From: the human T2T-CHM13v2.0 reference genome, Homo sapiens
Direction: 5' to 3' (one strand)
Assembly: GCF_009914755.1 (NCBI RefSeq)
Contig: NC_060929.1
DNA length: 64,000 nt
A program made the translations under genes and the position numbers. The stretch's first letter is position 1. Each line of letters opens with the position of its first letter. Positions 46,504-58,988 of the stretch are shown here, one piece after another. Below the pieces are notes generated by a model that worked only from the letters and a program-made list of their open reading frames with translations, had not been told where the DNA came from and did not search any database.

Positions 46504-49500
46504 CCATAAACAATATAGGAGTGTCATAGGATTATAAATAGATGGCATGGATAATAAAATCTACAAGTTTAGAGAAAATTCGTAATTATAGGTGAGAAGT
46601 ATTAATGAAAGGACAAAGCTTGTTCTTAAAGGATCAGAATAGGCCAAGATGAAAAAAGGCATCCATGGGAAAAGAACTGTTCATTTCTATAATTTTAACA
46701 AAATAGATAATCTATGTTGAATAAAATCCATAAATACTATTTCCAAATTTGATTAAGGTATTTACTTTGAAAACCTGAAACAGGAACATATTTACAGTGT
46801 TAAGTGATTTGATAATTTTGTAGTTCTGCCCTAAAAATCAATATCCTTAATTAACCCTTCATCAGTTTCTTAAGTCATCTGTCATCCTGAAAGCAAGTTA
46901 ATTATTCTAAATGTTAAATAATTTTGGTAGTGTCTAATCTATAAAACATACATACACTACCAGTTTTTTTTCTACCTTTAACAAATTCGTTCCCATAAAA
47001 GACAATTTTATCACTAACAAAGGATAACTGGCAGGCATAAAATAGTGAGTAGAAAATGATTTTCTAAAATTTTTCATTTCTATCATTTTATAGCAAGTTG
47101 CATTTATCTTAAAGATAAATATTCTTCAATAAAAATAACAATTCAAATTTTTCAGTTGTAGAAATTCCTGGTGATGACATTTGATACAAATAGTTTATCC
47201 CTGAAATCCATTTAAAATTTTTAATCAAATCTTCTGCAATTCATTGATCAAGAATACATACGAGACTATCCAGGGATATTTCTAGCAAAGAAAACTGAGT
47301 CATGCAACTCAGTTCTTGAAGCAAGGAGGCAATTTAAAGTCAGAATAAAGGTTTACTGGGCTATCCTCAATGGACAAGTGGAGGATGTAAGTCACCTGAT
47401 TTGGAACATAAAAGACTTAAAAATGTAAGAGCAAAACAAATGGATGGTATTGGGAAAAATAATTATTAAGAAAAAAAAACCCAAGACAATGAAATGAAGA
47501 AAACACTAATATTAGATTAACAGATTCTATGTAAGATCTCAACTTGGATACTTAAATTTATGCAAGCAAAATACCATTTGATTTAATAGAGAAATACTGT
47601 GATATGAATTGAAACAATTTCTTTGATTCTATAACCTGGAAAAAAAATGGTATAAACTATATACAAGTTAAAACCCTCAAAGGCAGTGTTGTTTTCATTC
47701 ACTGCCATGCATGAGATGTCTAGCATAAAGCTAATTAGCGCCTAATAAGTCCTCAATAAGGGAAGAAACTAAAAAAACTTAAAAATTTTAAATTAAATGA
47801 CACAATAATGCCAAGACTTTCCAAAGCAGATTGACTGTAGCAGCTGCAGTTACCTGGACATGCAAAATTACTAGTTTACCAGTAACATTTAAGAAAGCAG
47901 ACAAGAAGATAATTGTGCTTCTATTAGCGAATTGAAATAATGGTATTTTGAAACTGAGTGAAAAACACATTCTGAGTCATCTGTATTAACTTAAAGCTGT
48001 TCTGAAGATTAATGGGAAAAATAATAATGAATAGACGATTGGATTTACTAAACAATGTTTGATTAATTGTATTAATGGTTATAAAATACCTATCAAGGCT
48101 GTCTTTTCTTGTCCAAAAATTCAATACATGAAATATGAAAATTTGTAATACCATAGCCAAAGCCTTATTGCATAGCTTCTAGCTTACTGATATATTTACT
48201 TATTTTAATTTAAAAAGCCTGTTTTTCCAGCCACTAGGAAATAAGATTTCTCACGTTTTATAGTACTCAAAAATCATGATTAAGTATATCTAATGCTAAC
48301 CTAAGTGTAAGCAAACAGCAAACTAAATGGTGAATTAAAATATCCACACCAAGCCTGACCTCAGCTTTCATTGAACCTTTTCTTCAGAAGAAAACTAAAA
48401 ATAAATTTCACTAGCATTTGCTTTGCTTGACAGCATAATTGAGTAGCAACCAAAGTAGCCACATGTGGTCCTTTATGTAAGGCCTTCTAGCCTCAGAAAC
48501 ACACACCTTTTGAATTAGCGTGCCTGGTACCCATTTGTGCCCAATAAATACTTGCTGAATGAACTTTTCCAATAGTGCTGGATTTGCTCTGAGCCAACCA
48601 AATTCTCACTTTTAATGTATTTTGAAAGACAGAGGACGACAAGATGAAGAATGCAGTTTGAGACTCAGAAGAGCAAACATAATCGGCCCAGTATGGATAT
48701 GATCATTTGATGCACTGTCCTCGGGCATGCTCATTTACAGAAGCCTAAAAACAAATTTTATCCCTCATTTGTGGGTTTCTGGTGTTGTGGAGGGCTTTCC
48801 AATGTTTAGAAGCAATATATTTTTATAGAATTCTGTAATAAACGTGTTTTAAATCTTTTATAAAGCTCTCTGTAGCATATAAGTACATATTAAAGACAGA
48901 AATGGGGGAGCATCAAGGCCCTTATAATCGCATTCATTCCTTAACCACATACTACGCATCTACTGTGTGGCATTCTAGGCGGGGGCCGTAACACCAGTGC
49001 AGAAAAACACAACCTCTTGTCCTCTTAGAGCTTACATTGCACTGGGGAAGGAGAGATAAGAAGATAAACAAGTATGGATATGTAGACTGTCCAAAGGATA
49101 AAATGAGAAGGGGGCTAGGGAACTTTCAGTTTAAAAGTAGCCGCGGAAGCACCGAGTGACACGAGCAAAATCCTGAAGGTGAAGGAGCAAGCCCTGTGGA
49201 CGACGCTCAGGGAAGAGTCCTACTCGCAAGGATGCCAGGGCAGGCCCGCCCCCACCCTCAACGGCGCGCGGGGACTTCTGCCGCAGTCAAGGCTTTGGCT
49301 CACTCCCCTCAAGACGGGAAGCCATTCGCAGGGCCTAGAGAAAAGGAGTGACAGGATCTTGGCCCCCTGAGTGGCCTGAGGCAAAAGGAATAATCTAAGC
49401 AAGTTTTCCTACTTACTTTTAGCGCACTGGTACACACACAAATACACAATACAATTCATATAACACGAATTTCGTCCCGGTTGAGTAAAATTCCGCTTAC

Positions 49501-50763
49501 CTACTGCACTTTTTACCGAAAATAGCCCCTTTTTAATTTACACAAACTTAATAGAGAACGGTGGAACAATGGTTACTTCTTGTTTTACAATTTAAAAACT
49601 ACAACAACCATAGTACTGTACGTATAATCACATATTGTATTCCAGCCTTGTCCAGCGCCTCAGTTTTCCGAACCTAAAGAGGAAAACGATGTTTGAAATC
49701 AGCTGGCCGCAGGCCCGCGGGTCGCCCGCAGTCACCGGTGGCTGAGTCGGGGCCGGCGGTTCTCCCCGCGCGCTCGGCTCCACCCACACCTAGAGGGGGG
49801 CGCCCGGGCAGCCGCGGGCGAGCTTCTCGCTCGCGCAGCGTCGCCTACAGGCCTTTATCCTGACCGTTAGAGAAGAACCCAAACCTCTGCCGACAAAAAG
49901 CAAAAGCAGCGGAGACCGCGTATTTCCAGAAATAAACGCATCATCACAAACACGATTCCAATTCAATCCAGCCGACAGTCGTCTTCACCTCCAAAGGTTG
50001 CGTTCTTATTCGCAGAAATAACACGCAGTCGGGCGTAAGGTCCCGGCTCTCAAAAGGCAAGGTGTACGATCCATCCATCCACCCGGCTGCAGGGACACCA
50101 TTTAAAACGGGCATCATCGCCATCGAATCGCGGGCGTCCTCTGTGGGGCCGCCCGGAGATCGGCTCCCTAAAGCTAACGACGACCTGGGACAGCCAGCGC
50201 GGCCTCCAGCCGCCGCCGTCGGCGACCTGAGAGCCCGTCCGGGCCTGAGTGCCCCCCACGCTCACGACCACCACCGAACTCGGGCCCCGCTCCTGTCGGC
50301 CTCCAGGAAAATAAAGACAGAGGAGAGCCGGCCCGCCTGTGTCGCAGGGCAAACGTCGCTCTGAAGCATCGACAATACTGGCAACATCCACAGCCGCCCT
50401 GAGGGGACGGGCGTAGAGGAGAGCTGCCGCCTCCCGGCTGCTGGGCCCGGGTGCCGCGCGGCGCGGCCGAGGACGCGAGCCCAAGTGGCGGCAGCGGCGG
50501 CTGCGGCGGTGGCGGAAGTGGAGTGGGGAAGAGGGGGTGGTTGTTAGTGTTTGGCGCCGGCGGAGGGAGTCATTCCTGCAGCTGCACTTCCGGTCGGCAT
50601 TTTGTTCTGAGAGGGAGAGACGGAACGAGAGAGAGACACACACAGGGCTCCTTCCCCCCGCCCTCCCCCCCCTCCCTCCGTCGGTACCGACTCACCCGAC
50701 ACCACCAAGCCGCAGGGAGGGACGCCCCCGCCGACAGGAGAATTGGTTCCCGGGCCCGCGGCG

Positions 50764-50778
50764 ATGCCCCCCCGGTAG
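50764..50778 (+). promoter_or_regulatory. uORF1 (MPPR*)
   Basis: ATG CCC CCC CGG TAG, with G at -3. Confidence 0.7.
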
Positions 50779-50813
50779 CTCGGGCCCGTGGTCGGGTGTT
50801 TGTGAGTGTTTCT

Positions 50814-50903
50814 ATGTGGGAGAAGGAGGAGGAGGAGGAAGAAGAAGCAACGATTTGTCTTCTCGGCTGGTCTCCCCCCGGCTCTACATGTTCCCCGCAC
50901 TGA
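50814..50903 (+). promoter_or_regulatory. uORF2 (MWEKEEEEEEEATICLLGWSPPGSTCSPH*)
   Basis: ATG at 50814 in weak context; TGA at 50901-50903. Confidence 0.6.
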
Positions 50904-50953
50904 GGAGACGGAAGAGGAGCCGTAGCCACCCCCCCTCCCGGCCCGGATTATAG
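50888..50953 (+). promoter_or_regulatory. uORF3 (MFPALRRRKRSRSHPPSRPGL*)
   Basis: ATG at 50888 in weak context; TAG at 50951-50953; overlaps uORF2. Confidence 0.6.
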
Positions 50954-51029
50954 TCTCTCGCCACAGCGGCCTCGGCCTCCCCTTGGATTCAGACGCCGAT
51001 TCGCCCAGGTAAATTCCTGCTCTTTATTT

Positions 51030-51048
51030 CGGCGGCGGCGGCGGCGGC
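51030..51048 (+). repeat. (CGG)6 trinucleotide repeat
   Basis: CGGCGGCGGCGGCGGCGGC, 21 nt after the exon 1 donor. Confidence 0.9.
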
Positions 51049-54000
51049 GCCGGCGCCAGGTCCTCAGCGTCTCTCCTCCTCGCTCCCCTCCCCGCCGTTT
51101 CCTTAGCGGCCCCAGGTCTCTTCCACAGGCGAGTCTAGAGTTCGCTCCTCTCTGGTGGCAGCCGCCTTGGGTAGCGGTGGTTTTGTACCCTCTCCCGGCC
51201 GGCTCCGGTGGCGGGGACTGGGCTCCTGCTGGGCGGCCGGGGAGGCGTAGGCCCGGCGGAGAGTGCAGGCCGCGGGCCAGCGGAATCTACTTGAGCTCGG
51301 GGATTAGGAGAGCTCCGGGCTGAGCGGAGCGACTGCTGGTCGGTGACAGGCCTCGCCCGGGAGTGGAGCCGTAGCTAGTGGGGAGGCGGAAACAATACAA
51401 CTAACAGCAAATGTGCCCTGATCGTCCCCATATTTACAACTTTCCCGGTCCGGGAGTGGGGAACGTCCCAGTGAAACAAACAACCTCCCTTCTTCCCCCT
51501 GTGACCCCATGAAGGGAGGAAGTAGTTTCAGTTAGTGAGACAAACGTAAATACTCAGACGCGGATCCAGTGGTAATTCTTTCTCTTTCTAAAACTTGTTT
51601 GGACGTTGGAAAGTTCATAAAGACTCATTTTCTTTTTTAAAGAATTAAATCGTCCACATGAATATTTAATACAGAAAAACATACTGTGGTAGACACTGCA
51701 CATCTCCCCCTCCCCAAGAGCTTTTATCTTGTTGTTTTGACAGTGTGTTGTTGCACATGGACTTTTTATTCAAAGACAAGTATAAAGTACTTGACAGGTT
51801 TACTCTGCCACTTTCTATTTGTATGCGTTATGTAAGGGCAGTTTTAAGCGACTATACGTAAAACACTCAGGTACTTCCTGACCAAAACGTGTAGGAGCAT
51901 ACAAAGAATTTTAAGTGTTCTGAGAATTGTGCTGAGATACGGGTAAAACCACTTTTCTTTTCTTTTTCCAAAAAAGAAATTAAGTTATACTTAAAATCCT
52001 TGGGAGGTTAAAAAATTGTAGAAGGTGCCATCCTTTTATGTCAGGGCAGTTCTTCTTGAGGTCCCAGGATTGTCATTGGCTGTTTGTGCCATGATGTTTG
52101 ACTGTGTAATGAGAGAGGTGTCATTTTAATAGGTTAAATGTATCTGTAAATGCTGGAGAAAAATATCAGTTCTAACTTGACAAGTTCTAGTTCATGAGTA
52201 AGTTAAGTGTTTCGAGCTTGTTTATGGAGGCGTTCATAATGTAGGTTGGTATAAGGGGGAAACACCAATTTAAAATTCCTCAGTCAGGCAAATTGCTAGA
52301 AAAGTGTACCTGGGTTACACGTTTTGATATTTTGTTTCATATTCGCTGAAGGAAAACTTTCATTGGTTAAAATGAAGCAGCACTGCTCAGCGAAATCCCT
52401 TGTTTTACTAGTGTTTGTTACATTGGTTCATATTTTTTGTGTCATTAAATTATTGTCACTGTAGAATAAGTTATTTTGTGGAGGTTATTTTTGAGTTTAG
52501 CGTCCTGATTACAATAAATTGTTTCACATTTCCTGCAAACGTACGGATAAATGTTTAAAAGAATGAAGTTAATATAGCTGTCACGTACTAGGCATGTTTT
52601 TAATGCTATAAATCCGTGTAGTAGTCAGTAGCGTGTCCGTGATTTGTATTGGTCAGGGAGCAGTTTGAATTTTAAAAAGCCTGAAGCTCCTGCTGAGCCC
52701 CAATCCCGGCCTCCCTCCCTCCCACTAATCTCCCATTCCTGTCTTTGTGCTGCCTGCTCCTGTTAGACACTGTTTGCTACGGGGCCTCAGGCCTACTGCG
52801 GGTGGGGGGGTGTGCGAGTGGGGGGCATGCCAGGGAGGGAATGCAGACGGGAGGAATACTTCACATCTTAAGAAAGCAGAGGGTTTGTTTTTTTGGGGAT
52901 GGAGGTGGTAAGGGCTTCATTATAAATGTTTAAAAGGCCTTCATATATTCCTGTGATTGTCTCTACAACTTTTATTTCAAGGGATAAACATATTTTTACT
53001 AAAGATAATAGAGGAGTTGTGCTTGCTTAATTTTCACGAACTGAAGCAACTTATTTTTAGAGGTTGTCTTATGCAGATGTTTGAATAAGTGTGTTAGAGA
53101 TGGGTTTATGTGATTGATTCTTTTTTTTCCTGAGACTTTGGAATTGTTATAGTGAATTAGTTCTTCCCAACTTATTTTCCCAATTCTACATATTTAGTAA
53201 TTTGTGAGTAATATAGGTTGTGTGATAGCTTTCATTATGATAGCATAAACATTTCTTTAAATTTAAAAATATGTTTTGTTTGGTCCAAACCAATTAAATA
53301 CGTCATTTTTAAAGGAGAAAACATTGTGTAAAATTCAAATTGTAAAATTTAAACTTGAACTTTAAATCTCTGATAACCTAGTTGGAGAGAATAGTTTGTT
53401 TCCCTAAAGAGTGTAGAGTGTTCTGCTTCCCCTCTGTTGGTTGGAATATTCACTAGTGGCTAATCATCTATTTCCATTAAAAATTAAAATTCAGTGAAAG
53501 GAGAAATCAGAAGTGTTCCAGTAACCTTATAATCCTAGTTATATTATTTGGAGAAATATTTTCTCATACACCTAAAGGAAATTTCAACAATGTCGCTTAT
53601 TGTTTCTCTTAACTCTGAAGAGTTGTCAATAACTTTTGTTACTTGAAAAGAGATTTCAAGTAAATAATGAAAGTAAATCAGAGTTGAACATTAAATAGAT
53701 AATTTTCAATGTTTGAGAAGTGTATATAGGATGCTTCCTTTTTAAAGTTATTCAACAATTTGTTTACTAAAGTTATCTGAGAACATTTTTGAACCTGTTC
53801 TAGAGATCATTATAATATTTTCTGCTTTTAAGGAAAAGTTATACATTACTTGAAAAAAGAAAAACAGTCTACTTGAGATTCTTTTTAGGGATGTAAAGTG
53901 AAAGTTTTTACTATGGCAGTAAACTTGGTTCTTCATAGTAATCATTATTAAATTTCAAAAATATGAGCAAAGCTATACCAATACAAAATTTTCTTTACTT

Positions 54001-55289
54001 GCAGCCGAAAAATGTATTTTCTAAGGCTTCTTCAACTAATTTCATATTTAATTTTTTGGTACCAATCCATCATCAAACTGTCATAGAAATATTTGAACAT
54101 ATCTGTGTTACATGTTTGAAATACCCCATTGTGGTATTTTTACTTTCTCAAAATAAGATGTAGTAATTAATAATATAAGAGTAAATAAAAACCAGGAGTT
54201 TGAGTTTTATTTAATTTCATTTAATCCTCCTTTCTGGTGCTTATTAGGAAAAGCATAATTTGGAAGAAATTCTAAAATTTTAAATTAAGATTTCAGTTTT
54301 ATGTGAAGTGATTGGGGAGTGTGAGGTAAACAGTAATTCCTTTTAGAGAAATGTAACTTTAATTCTGTTTATCACATTTACTTGCCATAAAAATGAATGG
54401 GAAATAATTGACTAGGAACCTTTATAGAAGGCTGACAACTAACTGTTCAGTTGAACATGCTTATTTTAATATCCTGAGCGTACTAGGTTAGGTTTGGTGG
54501 TAATTTATGGTCTTATATAGCCTTTAAAAATTGTTTTAAGATGGACTTTTTAAGCAAAGTTTTTCGTTTTTTCAGCAGTTGTCATTTATAATAATTCTTC
54601 GTATTTTAAAACTAGTCCTTTTTCAAGGTGACCTGAGTTCATTTAAAAATATTCTGATATCCCTGTGAGAGAAGTGACCAGCTTTCCGTTTAATGATGAA
54701 ATACTTGACACTTAAGAGACCATATGATTTGTGTAGATTCATGTAGTAAGTCAGCCGGAGGATAAGGGATTCCCTGACACTAGTATTTTCTTAGATTATG
54801 TTGCTTTAAGAAATGTGTGAGCTCTGGTCTTGAAGCTAGGTATTGCTCAGTGCTGACACTGACACCATTTGTTACTTTTTCAATTATCTAAGTTCAAAGT
54901 GCATTTTTCTTGTCTTTGAGAGAGAGGATACCTGTTTCTTGGTTGTATTTTCCTGGTATGAAAATAGAGTGGGATTTTAGTGTTTCTGGTTGATTTAAAA
55001 GGAATTTTAAACTCCATGTCTCTTAAGGCCATCATTGTAATTTTAAAGGGTATTTTATGTGCTTAGAATATTTTGCCCAAATAAATTAAGTAATAAAAGT
55101 AATTTTAGGTATTTGTCTTGTGTGTAATTTTTTTTTTTTGGTGTAAATCTGGAGTCAGTTTTGTTGAATTGAGTTTTGTCAAGTTGCATTATGTTTTAAG
55201 GCATATTTTTTTCTATTCCCAAAGTTATATCATTAGGAGAGATCATTGCTTGATGTAGCATTGCCAGCTAAGATTTTGAGGACTTATTT

Positions 55290-55490
55290 GCCAGGAGTTA
55301 AGTCTGTCCCCATAATATCTCATTTAATCTTTTAACATGCCCAAAAGTAGAAACAATAATTATCTACAATGTACAGATGAGGAACCTGAGGCTGGAAAGG
55401 TTTAGAAAACTGCCCATGGTCCTACAATTAGTAAATGATCAGTCTGATTTACATTTGTTCTTATGGATTCAGGATTCTATGTATCTAGTT
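55290..55490 (-). mobile_element. MIR
   Basis: ATCTCATTTAATC...TACAGATGAGGAACCTGAGGCT...CTGCCCATGGTCCTACAATTAGTAAATG. Confidence 0.7.
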
Positions 55491-56104
55491 TCAATGAAAT
55501 TTTAATATTATCTTTTGGGTGTTAGTTGATGTGATACTTGCCCAGTCACTTAGTCAAGAAAATTGTGTACTTCAGGCAAAGAAGCTGAAATAGAATTCAG
55601 GCTATATATTCTGTATTTATAATACTTTTAAAAATCAATAACTCTTTACCATCTTGTGTTTAAAACAATTTTTGTTAAGCAGTCTGTGAAGCTTTTAGTT
55701 CTTTGAAGTATTTTATATTGAGTTGAAGATGTTTGTCAAAGCATCTGTTGTTAGAAAGACAAAGTTCAGCTTTAGAGAGTCATTTCATTCATAGAAATGT
55801 ATATGACCAATTGTAGGATAGTAGCTAGATCTATAAATTAGTATGACTGATCATTTTGTAAAGTTTCAGTATTTTTATAGCCAGAGAATGTTGATCATTA
55901 TAGTCATCAACTTGGGAGGTTGTGCGCTTATTCCAGAACTGTTGCCAGTACATACAACCTTATAGGAATTCCTTTTGTGAATACCTTTAACACATTTGAA
56001 ATAGTCTTTTTCTCATCTTTATGACAAATCTTTATTTTCTGGGGTGAATTTGAGTTTTAGATACTGTACAACGTCACTTGAAACTTAGTTTAGGGATTTT
56101 TTTT

Positions 56105-56560
56105 GTGTCTGGCACTATGTTGAGTGCTTTATGTTTGTAATATGTAGTATTATTGAATGTTTCCATGTGACAGAAACTGTGCGAGGGAAAAGGTTTTTCA
56201 GTTCCTCAAGGTATTGAAAAGTTGAATATGAAATTGAAGTTAGTTGTATGAGAAAACTGAGATATAGAATGATTACGTGACTAGCCCAAGGTCACACAAC
56301 TAATAAGTTCAAGACAGTGGAGAAAGGATTTCAGAGTTGATACTTTACCCATAAGCCTTAACCACGATACTGTGTATCATGATTTGAACCACCCAACTAC
56401 TCAGTGAAGTTAGTGATACTGTTCTCTTTTTACAGAGGAAATTGAGGTTCATCATGCTTAAGAAACTTATTCAGGGTAGCAAACCTAGCAAGTGTTAGAA
56501 GTAGGATTCCAGCTAAAATGTATCTAATTCTAAAACCTCTATTCTTTACATTCTACCACC
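56105..56560 (-). mobile_element. MIR fragments (two cores)
   Basis: ATGAGAAAACTGAG..GACTAGCCCAAGGTCACACAACTAATAAGT and TTTTACAGAGGAAATTGAGGTTCA. Confidence 0.65.
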
Positions 56561-58988
56561 CTGGCTCTTCAAAATTTATAATACAATTTTTGGTGAAAGG
56601 GTAGCCTTGATTATGAAGTTAGTGACACTGTTTTTCTTGTGGAGCTTACAAGAGTAATTCTAAAATGTTTTGATCAGTTATAGCTGATTCATTATTTGAT
56701 TATAGTCTTTTTTTTTAAAAAAAAAACCCACCTTGTTACTTTACTTCGTGTATAGTACACAAAATGTTTGTATATTCAAATATGCATATAAATAGGATAT
56801 TGATTTTTAAATGCAGGTACTGTGGAATATATTAAATGTAGGTATCTGTGGAATAAGTAGCTTTAGAAAATTTGGCAAAAGCTATTCTCAGGCTATAACA
56901 ATACTGAAATTTTAAAAAAATGATCAGTCATGCTAATTCATAGATTAACTGTATTTTTATGATTTTATTGTGACTCTTGTTACTTTTAATAATGTTAAGC
57001 ATTAAAAAAATTCCCAAGAATGCATTGAATTTTCAAAATAATTCATGTAGGTAAATTGCTTTGCCATCTTACATGTGTGACATATCTCTTAACATGCATA
57101 TACCAATTTCCTTTGAGTTCTCTTTTGTACATATTTCTCCTTTGACAGAAAAGAAAAACTTTTTCAGAAATTAGCAATATTAATTTATTAAAATAATTAT
57201 ATATATACTTTTGCCTCTCCTGAGAAATGCAGAAGCTGTGACATAATTTTAAAATGCTGGATTTCCTTTTGTTAGAATTAACATATTTGGGTCACTTATG
57301 CAGGTGAAATGCACAGTTATTTTTATATGAGCACTATTGAAAAAATACTATTCTAGATACATTAAAACTAACAAATGTCTAAAACACTAATTATTAAATT
57401 CTGACTATACTTTTAAAATATTAGTCTTTATGATTGATATTTATGATATTTAATTTGGTATTTGTAAAGCAAAAATGTCCTTTAATCCTGGTGAGGAAAT
57501 ACATTACAGAGTTTTCTCAACACTGCTACTTGTCAACCCTTTCAGTATTTTAAAACCTGCCTTTAGTTGTCTTTATTTGAATCAGATTGTGGGTTGCCAG
57601 TTTTGAGCCAAAGACATCGATCGTCTGAGTGTATGCTCTATGTAATTCAGTTTTTTTTTTTGGTAATGACCAAGTTGAAGTTTTACATGGTTTTAAGTTG
57701 GGCATAACTCCATTTATTATTTATTTATTTTTTATTAATACTATTCTTTAAAATTGATGCACATGAAAAAATTTCTTCCTAGGGTTCTGCGTATACCTCA
57801 GAAAGCTCTAAGATTGAAAGCTGAAATGTCATGACCTGAAAACTACTGATTCTTTCCCCTTTAAGAAAAGAATTTGGAAACTAGTGTTTATTCCATAACG
57901 TTACCTTCAAGTTATCCTGAAAGACACACATGACATACGCTTTTATTTAACTCTACTAATCTTTTTACTATTTTCTCTTTCCCTTTTTTTATGTATCTCT
58001 TCCTTTCACTATCAATGTCCATTTCATCTCCCCCAAAGCAAATTTTTACATACTGTGGCTAATATAGGTATTTGTTGTTAATGTGGTTGATCTTGTAATG
58101 TGTTACTTTCCCTGATGAAACCCAGAGCAGTTTCAGAGGCCTCAAATTCTGAGATCTTCCTAAGTTCAAAATAGATTGCTGGTAGAAAAGCATTGACATT
58201 AACCATGAAAATATATATTTGTGTATTGTTCCCACTTCTATAGACATATATTACTTTTCAAAATGTCAGCTCAAGGACCAGAAATTTTTTCTGAGGAGAA
58301 AGAGAAAGCATTGCCTTTACAAAAGTTTCCCTGATCATTCCATTTCATAGCATTTGTACAGTTTTTTACTTGTATCTCTTGATAAAATAATTTGTTCCTA
58401 TATTCGTCAGCCATACTCAACCATCAGCTCTGTGAAAGCAAAGAGATTTTGTATTATCTTCATCTGTATGTCTATAACATCATCACAGTGCTGCTCCTGT
58501 TTTAGGTATTCAATATATATTTGTTGTTTAGTTAGAATTGAGCCATGTGGTATTTCTTAAAGGTATGTTTTTAAATCTAAGATTAGTGAATGGCAAGTAC
58601 ATTTCTCTTAATTTCAAAATATAATTTTCTTAGGTAGAGCTGTGTCCTTGAGGGCTTCTTGCTTTGGGGGTAGGAATATTTTATTTACATATATCCCTAA
58701 CAATACATACATAACTTTATAAAGATAAAGAAAAATTTAAAGTTCCTTTTTAAGCTGTTAATGAGGATCGTGAAGTACAGGAAGGGTTTTTTGTTCTGAT
58801 TCCTTAGGCAGTATAATTGGAGTAAGATACTGGAGTATTGCAAGAAGTGAAATATCTAAATACTTTCTTGTTTTAATCTTTGGATTTATTGCAGTTTTAA
58901 TTTTTTTTTTGCCAATTTAAGTATTATATATAATCAGATAAGTTAAATAATGAGAAATACGTTACAGCACATAAAAAATGCTATTCAG

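Larger units (their letters stand above)
45190..50515 (-). ncRNA. NIPBL-DT: Divergent lncRNA NIPBL-DT (NIPBL-AS1); boundaries approximate
   Basis: Recalled ~5.3-kb unspliced transcript starting just upstream of NIPBL. A minus-strand AATAAA (TTTATT, 45207-45212) lies where such a transcript would end. Transcription itself cannot be seen in the sequence. Confidence 0.7.
50590..51008 (+). other. NIPBL: NIPBL non-coding exon 1 (5' UTR); start approximate
   Basis: Donor CAG|GTAAAT after 51008. Sequence recognised. Setting 51008 = c.-80 places the recalled 5' UTR variants c.-467C>T, c.-457_-456delinsAT and c.-94C>T exactly where each creates an ATG. A KRT18 pseudogene lies ~8.4 kb downstream, as I recall for this locus. 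Confidence 0.9.
49140..51470. promoter_or_regulatory. CpG island / bidirectional promoter of NIPBL and NIPBL-DT
   Basis: Abrupt rise in GC and CpG density; oppositely oriented ETS motifs CGGAAGTG (50513-50520) and CACTTCCGG (50585-50593); GC box at ~49246. Confidence 0.93.

Noticed and set aside
50050-50953. Overlapping 100-197-aa ORFs on both strands of the CpG island
   Set aside because: Expected from stop-codon scarcity in GC-rich DNA; most rely on non-ATG starts and show no recognisable homology. Only the ATG-initiated uORFs within exon 1 were kept.
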